Assembly: GCA_051313645.2 (NCBI GenBank)
Contig: JBNRSN020000001.1
Coordinates: 603,198,001 to 603,262,000, forward strand
Length of the DNA: 64,000 nt
Direction: 5' to 3'
From: Centroscyllium fabricii
Lineage: Eukaryota
Numbering within the stretch: the stretch's first letter is position 1; every line of letters starts with the position of its first letter. The position numbers and the translations under genes are program-made. Below the pieces are notes generated by a model, which was not told the DNA's origin, made no database searches, and saw nothing but the letters and a program-made list of their open reading frames with translations. This document shows, one piece after another, positions 11,876 to 24,009 of the stretch.

Positions 11876-13070
11876 GTATTTGGACTTTCAAAAGGCTTTC
11901 GATAAGGTCCCGCATAAGAGATTAGCGTGTAAAGTTAAGGCACATGGGATTGGGGGCATGGTATTGACTTGGATAGAGAACTGGTTGGCGGACAGAAAGC
12001 AGAGAGTAGGAATTAACGGGTCTTTTTCCGAGTGACAGGCAGTGACTAGTGGGGTACCGCAGGGATCAGTCCTTGGACCCCAGCTATTCACAATATACAT
12101 CAATGATCTAAATAAGGGAACTAGATGTAATATCTCCAAGTTTGCAGACGACACAAAGCTGGGTGGGCGTGTGTGCTGCGAGGAGGATACTAAGAAACTC
12201 CAGGATGATTTGGACAGGTTGAGTGATTGGGCAGAAGCGTGGCAGATGCAATATAACGTGGATAAATGCGAGGTTATCCACTTTGGTGTCAAAAACGGAA
12301 AGGCAGACTATTATTTGAATGGCAATAGATTGGGAGAAGGGGAAGTGCAACGAGACCTGGGTGTTCTTCTGCACCGGTCGCTGAAGGTAAGCATGCAGGT
12401 GCAGCAGGCGGTGAAGAAGGCAAATGGTATGTTGGCCTTCATAGCAAAAGGGTTTGAGTACAGCAACAAGGATGTCCTGCTGCAGTTGTACAGGGCCTTG
12501 GTGAGACCACACCTTGAATACTGTGTGCAGTTCTGGTCGCCTTATCTGAGGAAGGATGTTCTTGCCATGGAAGGAGTTCAGCAAAGATTCACAAGGCACC
12601 TGGGATGGCAGGAATGACGTATGAGGAGAGACTGGGTCGATTGGGCTTATATTCACTGGAGTTTAGAAGAATGAGAGGGGATCTCATCGAAACTTATAAA
12701 ATTCTGACAGGACTGGACAAACTAGATGCAGGAAGAATGTTCCCGATGGTTGGAGAGTCCAGAACCAGGGGTTATAGTCTAAAGATAAGGGGTAAGCCAT
12801 TTAGGACAGAGATGAGGAAGAATTTCTTCACCCAGAGAGTGGTGAACCTGTGGAATTCTCTACCACAGAATGTAGTTGAGGCCAAATCAATAAATATATT
12901 CAAGAAGGAGTTAGATATATTTCTTAGAGCTAAAGGTATCAAGGGATATGGGGAGAAGGCATGTACGGGGTACTGAGTTTGGATGATCAGCCATGATCTC
13001 ATCGAATGGCAGAGCAGGCTCGAGGGGCCGAATGGCCTACTCCTCCTATTTTCTATGTTTCCATGTTTCT
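11876..13070 (+). mobile_element. 5'-truncated CR1 (HER1-like) LINE nested in the endonuclease region of the host CR1
   Basis: RT fragment YLDFQKAFDKV...FADDTKLGG to tail ctatgtttccatgtttct. The host ORF2 resumes after it. TSD AAAT at 11872-11875 and 13071-13074. Confidence 0.9.
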
Positions 13071-13325
13071 AAATAATAGGGTAATAATAGTGGGCGATTT
13101 CAACTTCTCCAATATTAACTGGGATAGTCAGAGTGTGAAAGGCTCAGAGGGTTCGGAATTCTAAAGTGCATCCAGGAGAGCTTTTTGAGCCAGCATATAG
13201 AAAGTCCTACAAGAGAGGGGACCTAATTCTCGGAAATGTAGCCAGGCAAGTGGTAGAAGTGTCAGTAGGAGAGCATTTTGGTGACAGTGACCATAATTCG
13301 TTGAGATTTAAGGTAGTCATGGAAA

Positions 13326-13726
13326 ACATAGAAACATAGAAACTAGGAGCAGGAGTAGGCCATTCGGCCCTTCGAGCCTGCTCCGCCATTCAATGAGATC
13401 ATGGCTGATCATCCAAACCCAGTACCCTGTCCCTGCCTTGTCCCCATATCCCTCGATCCCTATCGAGCCTGCACCGACACATATCCCACCCTATCCCCGT
13501 AACCCCACATATTTGATCTCCCTAACACTAAGGGTCAATTTATCCTGGCCAATCAACCTAACCCGCACATCTTTGGACTGTGGGAGGAAACCGGAGCACC
13601 CGGAGGAAACCCACGCAGACACGGGGAGAATGTGCAAACTCCACACAGATAGTACCCGAGGCTGGATTTGAACTCGGGTCTCCAGTGCTGTGAGACAGCA
13701 GTGCTAACCACTGTGCCACCCAGGCC
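13326..13726 (-). mobile_element. HE1-type V-SINE (tRNA head, V-domain, CR1-derived tail)
   Basis: Minus strand reads ggtggcacagtggttagcactgctg...gtgtggagtttgcacattctccccgtgtctgcgtgggtttcctccggg...ctatgtttctatgttt; inserted into CR1 ORF2. Confidence 0.9.
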
Positions 13727-15971
13727 AAAGGACAAAGATGGACCGGAAATAAAGGTTCTAAATTGGGGGAAGGCCGATTTTAATATGATAAGGCAGGATC
13801 TGGCCAAATTGGACTGGGATCAGCCACTTGCAGGAAAATCCACATCAGAGCAGTGGGAGTCTTTCAGAAAGGAAATTGAGTACAATGCTAACATGTTCCC
13901 GTAAAGGTCAAGGGTGGGACCAACAAGCCCAGGGAACCCTGGATGTCAAGGGATATACAAGAATGGATTAGGAAAAAAAGGGAGGCTTCTGGCAGATACA
14001 AAGGACTGAAAACAGTGGAAGTCCTAGAGGAGTATAGAAAGAAAAATTAGGAGAGCAAAGAGAGAGCATGAAAAAACACTGGCGGGCAAAATAAAGGAAA
14101 ATCTCAAGGTGTTTTATAAGTATATTAAGAGCAAGAGGATAACCAGGGAAAGAGTAGGGTCCATTAGGGACCAAAGTGGCAATCTGTGTGTAGAGCCGGA
14201 AAATGTTGGTGAGATTTTAACTGAATATTTAGCATCTGTGTTCACTATGGAGAAGGACAATGTAGACATAGAAATCAGGCAGGGGGACTGTGATATACTT
14301 GAGCATATTAGCATCGAGAGGGAGGAGGTACTAGCGGTTTTAGCAGGCTCAAAAGTGGATAAATCTCCAGGCCCGGACGAGATGTATCCCAGGCTGCTGT
14401 GTGAGGCAAGGGAGGAGATTGCAGGGGCTCTGACACAAATTTTCAGAACCTCTCTGGCCACAGGCGATGTGCCAGAGGACTGGAGAACAGCTAACGTAGT
14501 ACCATTATTCAAGAAGGGTAGTAGGGATAAACCAGGGAATTGCAGGCCAGTGAGCCTAACATCAGAGGTAGGGAAATTATTGGAAAAAGTTCTGAGGGAC
14601 AGAATTAGTCTCCACTTGGAGAGGCAAGGATTAATCAATGATAGTCAGCATAGTTTCGTCAGTGGGAAATCATGTCTAACTAATTTGATTGAATTTTTCG
14701 AGGGCGTGACTAGGTGTGTGGATGAGGGTAGTGCAGTTGATGTAGTCTACATGGACTTCAGTAAGGCTTTTGACAAAGTCCCGCATGGGAGACTGGTCAA
14801 GAAGGTAAGAGCCCATGGGACCCAGGGCAATTTGGCACATTGGATCCAAAACTGGCTTAGTGGCAGGAGGCAGAGGGTGATGGTTGAGGTTGTTTTTGTG
14901 ACTGGAAGCCTTTGTTCACTGGTGTACCACAGGGATCGGTGCTGGGTCCTTTGCTGTTTGTAGTGTACATTCATGATTTAGATATGAATGTAGGAGGTCT
15001 GATCAGTAAGTTCGCAGATGACATGAAAATTGGTGGAATGGTAAATAGCGAGGAGGGAAGCCTCAGGCTACAGGATGCTATAGATGGGTTGGTTAGATGG
15101 ACAGAACAGTGGCAAATGGAATTTAACCCTGAAAATTGTGAGGTGATGCATTGTGGGAGGACTAACATGGCAAGGGAATACACAATGAATGGTTGGACCC
15201 TAGGAAGGACAGAGGATCAGTGGGACCTTGGTGTGCATATACATAGATCCCTGAAGGCACCAGGCCAGGTAGATAAGGTGGTTCAAAAGACATATGGGAT
15301 ACTTGCCTTCATTAGCTGAGGCAGAGAATATAAGAGCACAGAGGTTATGATGGAGCTGTACAAAACGCTAGTTAGGTCACAGCTGGAATACTGTGTGCAG
15401 TTCTGGTCGCCACACTAAAGGAAGGATGTGATTGCATTGGAGAGGGTGCAGAGGAGATTCACCAGGATGTTACCTGAGCTGGTCTGCTTCAGCTATGACG
15501 AGACTGGACAGGCTGGGGTTGTTTTCCTTGGAGCAGAGAAGGCTGAGGAGGGACCTGATTGAGGTGAACAAAATTATGAGGGGCATAGATAGGGTAGATA
15601 GAAAGGAACATTTCCCCTTCGTAAAGGGGTCAATAACCAGGGGGCATAGTTTCAAGGTAAGGGGCAGGAGGTTTAGAGGGGATTTGAGGAAAAACTTTTT
15701 CACACAGAGGGTGGTTGGAATCTGGAACTCATTGCCTGAAAGGGTGGTAGAGGCAGGAACCCTCAAGAACATTCAAAAAGCATTTAGATGAGCACGTGAA
15801 ACGCCATAGCATACAAGGCTACAGGCCAAGTGCTGGAAAATGGGATTAGTATAGACAGGGCTTGATGGCCGGTGCAGATACGATGGGCCGAAGGGCCTCT
15901 TTCTGTGCTGTATAACTCTATGACTATGACTCTTTGTATTCAGATTCAATTAGTGTATTCTATACGGTTAT

Positions 15972-18354
15972 ACACGAGGTACTCAACAAATACCAGATTG
16001 CACACCTGGACGCAGCCCTTATAATGGCTGGGGACTTTAATAGAGCGAACCTCAAAATGGTAATGCCCAACTTTTACCAACACATCACATGCCCTACCAG
16101 AGGGGATAGGACATTGGACCACGGCTACTCGCTGTTCAAAGATGGATACAAAGCTCAATCCCTCCCTCCATTTGGTAAATCAGACCATGCCGCCGTCTTC
16201 CTCATGCCGAAGTATAAACAAAGGCTTAAGCAAGAAGCTCCGGTGACGAGGGTGGTCAAACGTTGGTCCGATCAATCAGATGGTATGCTACAGGACGCAC
16301 TGAATGACATCGACTGGGACATGTTCCTGGCTTGCTCTGACGATATCAACATGTTTACAGAAGCGGTTGTGGGGTTCATTAGTAAACTGGTAGAGGACAT
16401 TGTTCCTTCCGTCACCATCAAGACCTTTCCCAATCAGAAACCGTGGGTGGATAAAACTATTCGTGATGCACTGAATGTGCGCACCGCTGCCTATAATTCA
16501 GGGCTAGTGTCTGGGAACATGGAAGAGTACAAAATAGCTGCATACGACCTACGGAGAGCAGTGAAGGAGGCAAAGAGACGGTACAGGGATAAAGTGGAAG
16601 CCCAATTCCAACAGTCTGCCACAAGACGCATGTGGCAAGGATTAAGGTCAATCACAGATCATAAAGGGAAACCCTCTACCACGACGAGCATCAACGCCTC
16701 TCTGGCAGAAGAACTAAACTCCTTTTATGCACGCTTCGAGGTCAATGAAACATCTGAAGCGAAAGCACCAGCCGGAGAAGAGTGTACGCTCACGATTTCA
16801 GAACAGGAAGTGAGGAGAACCTTTAGTAGGGTGAACACCCAGAAGGCAGCAGGACCGGACGGTATTCCCGGGCGCGTCCTCAAGGCCTGCGTTGACCAGC
16901 TGGCGCCAGTGTTCACGATGATATTCAATCTATCCCTGACCCAGTCCATTATACCTACATGTTTTAAAATGTCCACTATTGTCCCTGTGCCCAAGAAAGC
17001 ACACCCAACCTGCCTGAATGACCATCGCCCTGTAGCACTCATCTCTGTTGCCATGATGTGCTTTGAGAGGCTAATCAAAGATTATACAAGTTCCTCTCTA
17101 TCTGGCACCCTGGATCCACTGCAGTTTGCCTACCGCCCCAATAGATCCACGGGCGATGCCATCGCACACGTCATGCATACCGCCCTATCCCACCTGGACA
17201 ACAGAAAGGGGAACTATGTGAGGATGCTGTTCATTGACTATAGTTCAGCTTTCAACACCATAGTCCCCTCCAAGCTCGGCACCAAGCTCAGGGACCTGGG
17301 GCTGCACAGCTCCCTGTGTAACTGGATCCTCGACTTCCTGATGGGTAGACCTCAGGTGGTGAGGGTAGGCAGCTACACCTCATCGACCATCATCCTCAAT
17401 ACGGGGCCCCCCCCCCCCAAGGCTGTGTCCTGAGTCCCCTCCTATACTCCCTGTACACACACGACTGTGTGGCCACGCATGACTCCAACACTATTGTGAA
17501 GTTTGCTGACGATACATTTGTAGTGGGCCTGATCACCAACAACGACGAGAAGGCCTACCTGAAGGAAGTGGAGAACCTGTCACTGTGGTGCCAGGAGAAC
17601 AACCTCTTCCTGAACGTCAGTAAGACTAAGGAGCTGATAGTAGACTTTGCGAGGAAGCAGGAGAGGTACTATAACTCTCTCAAGATCGATGGGACCCCAG
17701 TAGAGAGGATGAGTAATTTCAGATACCTCGGGGTCCATCTTTCTGATGACCTGACATGGTCCCTTCATATAGACACCTTGGTGAAGAAGGCGCGGCAGCA
17801 TCTTTACCATCTCAGAAGCCTGAGGAAATTTAGAATGTCCCCCCAAATACTAAAGAACTTTTATAAATGTACTATCGAGAGTATCCTGTCGGGGAGCATC
17901 ACCGCCTGGTATGGCAACAGCACTAAACAAGACCGTAGGGCCCTGCAGAGGGTAGTACGGTCGGCAAAATGTACCACCGGGGGTGCACTCCCTAACCTGC
18001 AGGATATCTACACCAGGCGGTGCATGACTAAGGCTAAGAAAGTTATAAGGATCCTAGTCACCCGAGCAATGGCCTCTTCTCACTGCTGCGGTCAGGAAAA
18101 CGCTACCGCAGCATTAAGACAAACACAGAGAGGCTTTTACCCCCAAGCCATCCGGATCCTAAATGAAGATGCTGCCAAGGGTCGGCATACTGACGACTGA
18201 ATGCCTTTTCTTCTTATAATTGTTAATTTATTATTTGTATTTATTGTTATCCAGAGAGCACAGACATGGAGCTTGCGACTAAGCATTTCACTGCACTTTG
18301 TACATGTATAATGATGTATGTGACAAATAAAGTAAACTTGAACTTGAAACTTGA
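15972..18354 (+). mobile_element. 5'-truncated Rex1/Babar LINE (EN C-terminal part, RT, C-terminal domain)
   Basis: Motifs GDFN, GKSDH, FPNQKPW, DPLQFAYRPNRST, RMLFIDYSSAFNTI, LSPLLYSLYTHDC, KFADDT, KKARQHLYHLR are typical of Rex1/Babar. Tail tgtgacaaataaa...(cttgaa)n. Frameshift at the C12 run 17407-17418, with further small lesions near 18048 and 18134. Confidence 0.88.
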
Positions 18355-20175
18355 GTTAGTGTGTTCGGATTTGGTTAATGTATTCTATTCAGTTAGTGTA
18401 GTCTGAGTGAGTTTGTGTATTCTATTCAGTTAGTGTATTCGGATTCAGTTAGTGTATTCAGATTCAGTTAGTGTATTCAGATTCAGTTAGTGTATTCTAT
18501 ACAGTTAGTGTATTCTATACAGTTAGTGTATTCTATACAATTAATGTATTTAGGTTCAATTAGTGTATTCGGATTCAGTTAGTGTATTCGGTTTCAGTTA
18601 GTATATTCAGATTGAGTTAGTGTATTCTATTCAGTTAATGTATTTAGATTCAATTAGTGTATTCATGATTCAGTTCGTGTATTTGGATTGAGTTTGTGTA
18701 TTCAGATTGAGTTAGTGTATTCTATTCAGTTAGTGCATTTAGATTTAGTTAGTGTATTCGTGATTCAGTTAGTGTATTCGTGATTCAGTTAGTGTATTCG
18801 GATTGAGTTAGTGAATTCGGATTGAGTTAGTGAATTCAGATTGAGTTAGTGTATTCTATTCAGTTAGTGTATTGAGATTCAATTAGTGTATTCGGATTGA
18901 GTTTGTGTTTTTGGATTGAGTTAGTGTATTTGGATTGAGTTAGTGTATTCTATTCAGTTAGTGTATTCGGATTGAATTAGTTTATTCTGTTCAGTTAGTG
19001 TATTTAGATTCAGTAAGTGTATTTGGATCCGGTTAGTGTATTCAGATTCAGTTAGTGTTTTCAGATTGAGTTAATTTATTCAGATTCAGTTAGTGTATTC
19101 GGATTCAGTTAGTGTATTCTATACAGTTAGTGTATTCTATTCAGTTAATGTATTTAGGTTCAATTAGTGTATTCGGATTCAGTTAGTGTATTCGGTTTCA
19201 GTTAGTGTATTCAGATTGAGTTAGTGTATTCTATTCAGTTTATATATTTAGATTCAATTAGTGTATTCATGATTCAGTTCGTGTATTTGGATTGAGTTTG
19301 TGTATTCAGATTGAGTTAGTGTATTCTATTCAGTTAGTGCATTTAGATTCAATTAGTGTATTCGGATTGAGTTTGTGTTTTTGGATTGAGTTAGTGTATT
19401 CGGATTGAGTTAGTGTATTCTATTCAGTTAGTGCATTTAGATTCAATTAGTGTATTCGGATTGAGTTAGTGAATTCGGATTGAGTTAGTGAATTCGGATT
19501 GAGTTAGTGTATTCGGATTGAGTTAGTGTATTCTATTCAGTTAGTGTATTCGGATTGAATTAGTTTATTCTGTTCAGTTAGTGTATTTAGATTCAGTTAC
19601 TGCATTTAGATTTAGTTAGTGTATTCGTGATTCAGTTAGTGTATTCGTGATTCAGTTAGTGTATTCGTGATTCAGTTAGTGTATTCGTGATTCAGTTAGT
19701 GTATTCAGATTGAGTTAGTGAATTCGGATTGAGTTAGTGTATTCTATTCAGTTAGTGTATTAGGATTTAATTCGTTTATTCTGTTCAGTTAGTGTATTTA
19801 GATTCAGTTAGTGTATTCGGATTCAGTAAGTGTATTTGGATCTGGTTAGTGTACTCAGATTCAGTTAGTGTAATCAGATTCAGTTAGTGTATTCAGATTG
19901 TGTTAATTTATTTAGATTCAGTTAGTGTTTTCAGATTGAGTTAATTTATTCAGATTCAGTTAGTGTATTCGGATTCAGTTAGTGTATTCGGATTCAGTTA
20001 GTGTTTTCAGATTGAGTTAGTGTATTCGGATTGAGTTAGTGTGTTCAGATTGAGTTAATTTATTCAGATTGAGTTAATTTATTCAGATTCAGTTAATTTA
20101 TTCAGATTCGGTTAATTTATTCAGATTGAGTTTGTGTATTCGGATTCAGTTAGTGTTTTCAGATTGAGGTAGTAA
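18355..20175. repeat. Minisatellite, 18-20 bp unit (same as 7565-10174), right part
   Basis: Same TT(C/G)AGTTAGTGTATTC core. A short remnant at 15933-15971 between the two LINEs shows it was one array split by insertions. Confidence 0.95.
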
Positions 20176-20383
20176 TACACAGGAATACATACAAGTTACA
20201 ACACAGTAACTGACCATTTAACCCATTCAGTCCATGTTGGCACGTGCAAAGTCTGGATCACAATTTACCAGTCCTGTTTCCATAGCCATTTATCCCCTTA
20301 TCGATTTTCCCTAAAATCAGTAGATTCATATTCATTTAGTATATTTAGATGCAAAGAAATCCATTGGTAACAAGCGTGCTGAC

Positions 20384-20505
20384 CTCTGATAATCTGAATA
20401 CCAGCCAATCCATTAAGAGCACACACCAGCTGCCGATGAGCCTCTTCACACTCTGTGCAACATTTTTTCTGAAGAGACTTTAAGAGTTCCTCCATCGTCA
20501 TGGTA
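20384..20505 (-). CDS. SHPRH: SHPRH internal coding exon (122 bp; (S)TMTMEELLKSLQKKCCTECEEAHRQLVCALNGLAGIQIIR(G))
   Basis: Directly continues the SHPRH peptide; split codon AG+T = Ser. Acceptor ttgcag|TACC at 20506/20505, donor G|gtcagc at 20384/20383. Confidence 0.95.
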
Positions 20506-20720
20506 CTGCAACCACAAAAGCAAAAACAATCTAGGTAAGAGAATAAAAAAATAATTTTAAAAATACATTGCCAAACTTTGCATTTGCCATGCAAAAGCAT
20601 GTACACATCCAACAGTGTCTGCTGTGGCTCAGTGGATAGCACCCTTGCCTCTGAGTTAGAAGGTTGTGGGTTAATCTAGGCTGACTCTCCAGTGCAGTGC
20701 TGAGGGAGTCTTTTGGATGA

Positions 20721-21766
20721 GGATTGGTTAATGGGCAGAAAACAGAGAGTAGGAATAAATGGGTCATTTTTGGGTTGACAGGCTATAACTAGTGGGGTAC
20801 TGCAAGGATCAGTGCTTGGGCCTCAGCTATTCACAATCTACATCAATGATTTGGATGAGGGGACCAAATGTAATATAGCCAGGTTTGCTGATGATATAAT
20901 GGGAATGAAAGTTGTGAGGAGGATGCAAGGAGGCTTCAAGGGGATATAGACAGGCTAAGTGAGTGGGCAAGAACATGGCAAATTGAATATGTGTAGAAAT
21001 GTGAAGTTATCCACTTTGGTAGGAAAAATAGAAAAGCAGAGTAGTTTTTAAATGGTGAGAGACTGGGAAATGTTGATGTTCAGAGGGACCTGGGTGTCCT
21101 TGTACACAAATCATTGAAAGTTAACATGCAGGTACAGCAAGCAATTAGGAAAGCAAATGGTATGTTGACTTTTATTACAAGAGGATTTGAGTATAACTTA
21201 CTGCAATTATATAGGGCCTTGGTGAGACCACACCTGGAGTATTATTATGTACAGTTTTGGTCTCCTTACCTAAGGAAGGATAGACTTGCCACAGAGGGAG
21301 TGCAACGAAGGTTCACCAGACTGGTTCCTGGGATGGGAGGATTGTCCTCCGAGGACAGGTTGAGTAGACTAGGCCTATATTCTTCAGAGTTTAGAAGAAT
21401 GAGAGGTGATCGCATTGAAAAATACAAAATTCTTATAGAGCTTGACTGGGTAGATGCAGGGAGGATATTTCCCCTGGCTGGGGAGTCTAGAACCAGGGGT
21501 CACAGTCTCAGAATAAGGGGTCAACCACTTAGGACTGAGATGAGGAGAAATTTCTTCACTCAGAGGGTGGTGAATCTTTGGAATTCTCTACCCCAGAGGG
21601 CTGTGGAGGCTCAGTCGTTGAGTATATTCAAGACAGAGCTCGATAGATTTTTGAATATTAAGGGAATCAAGGGATATGGGGATAGTGCTGGAAAGTGGAG
21701 ATGAGCCATGATCTTACTGAATGGCTCGAAGGGCCAAATGGCCTACTCCTACTTCTTATGTTCTTA
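20721..21766 (+). mobile_element. 5'-truncated CR1 LINE
   Basis: Degenerate RT C-terminal region (ORF 21114-21704, LVRPHLEY...FFTQRVVNLWNSLP) and tail gcctactcctacttcttatgttctt. Confidence 0.88.
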
Positions 21767-21947
21767 AACTGAGATCCCGTCTGCCTTCTCAGGTGGACGT
21801 AAAAGATCCTATGGCACTATTTGAAGAAGAACAGGTGAGTTCTCCCCAGTGTCCTGGCCAATATTGTTCCCTCAACCAACACCTAAAAAAAATACAAATT
21901 CATTTCTTCATTGTTTGTGTAAGCTGGCTACATTTACAACAGTGACT

Positions 21948-22994
21948 TGTCACAGTTTGGCATGCCCCTTTAAGGCATCCATGTTTTATTTGGGCATATC
22001 CCTTTAATGTTCCCATTTTGGTTCTAAGTGTTGTTCTGTGTGTGGTTTAGTGTATCAATTTGGTTGTTCACAACCAGGTGTTTTCTGTTTGTATATGCCT
22101 GCACCCTGATTGGTCAACATCAATCATCTGATTAGGCTGGTTTGGGTTTATAAGCTGTTGGTTTGACCAGACAGGTTGCGGGATCATTGCAGAAGTTTCT
22201 ATGATATCACACTTCACTGGATGGAAAAGAAGCAGAAGGGATTGCTCTGCTTCTCTGAGTGGACTTAAGAGGGACTATGGGACCGAGCCCACATCACTCC
22301 GTCTTGACATAGTACCCTGCTATCTGGGACTCAGACATGGACACTCATCTGTTGGGTAAGGGAGTTCCCCTGCCAGTAGACCTGGTGCGCTACTGCCTGA
22401 TGCCATGGGGTTAAGTCTCCGTGGTGGAGCAGAAGAAGTAGGTCGGACCCATTTCTACTCCTTGGACATTGGCTTAATTCACCCGAACCGAGGTTTGGAC
22501 ATCTGTTAGGAAGTTCAGGAATTCTCTTTCCTGCTTGTTACCATGGGGTTAAGTGTCTGTGGTGGAACAGAAGATCTGGACATTATTGCATTCTACCTTC
22601 ATAATTGGACTGTTCATTATCTGTTGTTATTAGGCCCTGTTGTATGTTAGCTACTCTACTACTTGGCTGCGTAGAACTTGTTCCTCTCTGATAGAAGTGG
22701 TCATAACAGATTCCACTAAGGCTTGTACCTCTCTGGGGTTGTGGTCGGTTTAAAGGGTTCCACGCCCAGTAGAAAGCCTGTCCGGTTCGGAGGAGGACTT
22801 GTTAATATTCTGCCTCTAGGGTTTTAATAATAACGCTAAAGTATGTGCCTGTCTTTAGCCAAAGACTTGTGTCTAGAATTGTATGTCTTATTCAAACATG
22901 TTTTGTTAGATTAAAGGGGTTTTTGTATCAAGACGGTTTCTCAGTGTTTCTGCATTTGGGCCCCGCTCACCAGATCCATTACCATTCCCTTACA
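21948..22994 (+). mobile_element. Solo LTR, 1047 bp, TGT...ACA, with 6-bp TSD GTGACT
   Basis: Begins TGTCACAG and ends CCTTACA; GTGACT flanks it at 21942-21947 and 22995-23000 within the host DeuSINE. TATA-like TTTATAA near 22147, reverse CCAAT near 22109, ATTAAA near 22910. Orientation is inferred from these signals. Confidence 0.78.
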
Positions 22995-23331
22995 GTGACT
23001 ACACTTTAAACGTTTTTCATTGCCTGTAAAACACTTTGAGATGTCCTGTGGTCATGAAAGGTGTGAAATAAATGCGAGTCTTTTTTTTTTAGCAATTAGG
23101 TACCCACCATCAGGTATAATTACACATCTTGAGGTTGGGGACGGCATTAAAAGGGAAATCAGAGAAGCATGCAGTAAGGGCACAGCAGTCATCATGGGTG
23201 ACTTTAATTTACATATAGATTGGGCTAACCAAATTAGTAAAAATACTGTGGAGGAGGAATTCCTAGCATGTTTACGGGATGGTTTTCTGGAACAATAAGT
23301 CGAGGAACCAACCAGAGATCAAGCCATATTA

Positions 23332-24009
23332 TGCCCCAGTTTCACTGGAGGCTAAGAATGTCAAGAATATCAAGAATCGTCAGGAATCGAAATTCTTGGC
23401 GATTCTGCAAAAAATGCGAAAATTCGTGGTTGATTCTTGGCGATTCTTGGTGAATTCTTGGCGATTCTGGACAAGGTTAAGAATCTATCACGAATTATTG
23501 TAGGAATGAGGTACGAATCACTTACGAATATGCAGAATTAAATTACGAATCCACTACGACCTCCACGATTAAGTTACGAATTCTACAAATTAGCTACGAA
23601 TTGCATTCGTAGTGCATTCGTGGACATTCGTGATGAATTCGGCGTTTTTCCACGAATTTGAGAAAATCAAGAATGCCCAAGAATAGGCAAGAATGCACTA
23701 CGAATCCACTACGAATCAGTTACGAACGGTAAGAAAGGGTCACGAACGGTAAGAAAGGGTCACGAATTGTTTAGGAATCTATCACGAATTGGACATTCGT
23801 GAACCCTCCCACGAAATTTTTTGACAAACAAAAACTTTCTTGAAACCTCAAAGAAATCACGCGAACTTCCGCGAACTCTACGAATCCACTACGAATCCGC
23901 TACGAATCCGCTACGAATCAACCACGAATTGCAAGAATTACCCACGAATCGGACAAATTTCACAATCGGCACGATTCGGCAATTCTTAGCCTCCAGTGAA
24001 ACTGGGGCA
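23332..24009. mobile_element. Non-autonomous DNA transposon (PIF/Harbinger-type MITE), 678 bp
   Basis: Perfect 28-bp TIR TGCCCCAGTTTCACTGGAGGCTAAGAAT and 3-bp TSD TTA (23329-23331, 24010-24012). Removing it restores host CR1 gccatattagactgg (AILDW). The interior is rich in ACGAAT/ATTCGT. Confidence 0.88.

Larger units (their letters stand above)
10175..15932 (+). mobile_element. Near full-length degenerate CR1 LINE, same broad family as 2027-6779, carrying two nested insertions
   Basis: ORF1 remnant from ATG 10438 (MVCCLPGARVKDV...HIGTND) and broken EN-RT ORF2 at ~11390-15850. Tail ctctatgactatgactc. Candidate TSD TTTGT at 10170-10174 and 15933-15937. Confidence 0.9.
20618..23090 (+). mobile_element. 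DeuSINE split into three pieces (20618-20720, 21767-21947, 22995-23090) by a CR1 and a solo LTR
   Basis: Head gctgtggctcagtggatagcacccttgcctctgag, middle ctgccttctcaggtggacgtaaaagatcc...ctcaaccaacac, tail ctgtaaaacactttgagatgtcctgtggtcatgaaagg; colinear with the copy at 1648-1997. Confidence 0.72.

Noticed and set aside
20298-20642. ORF-track calls 20298-20642 and 29441-29755 as complete small genes
   Set aside because: Only the spliced cores match SHPRH; the extensions are intron sequence.
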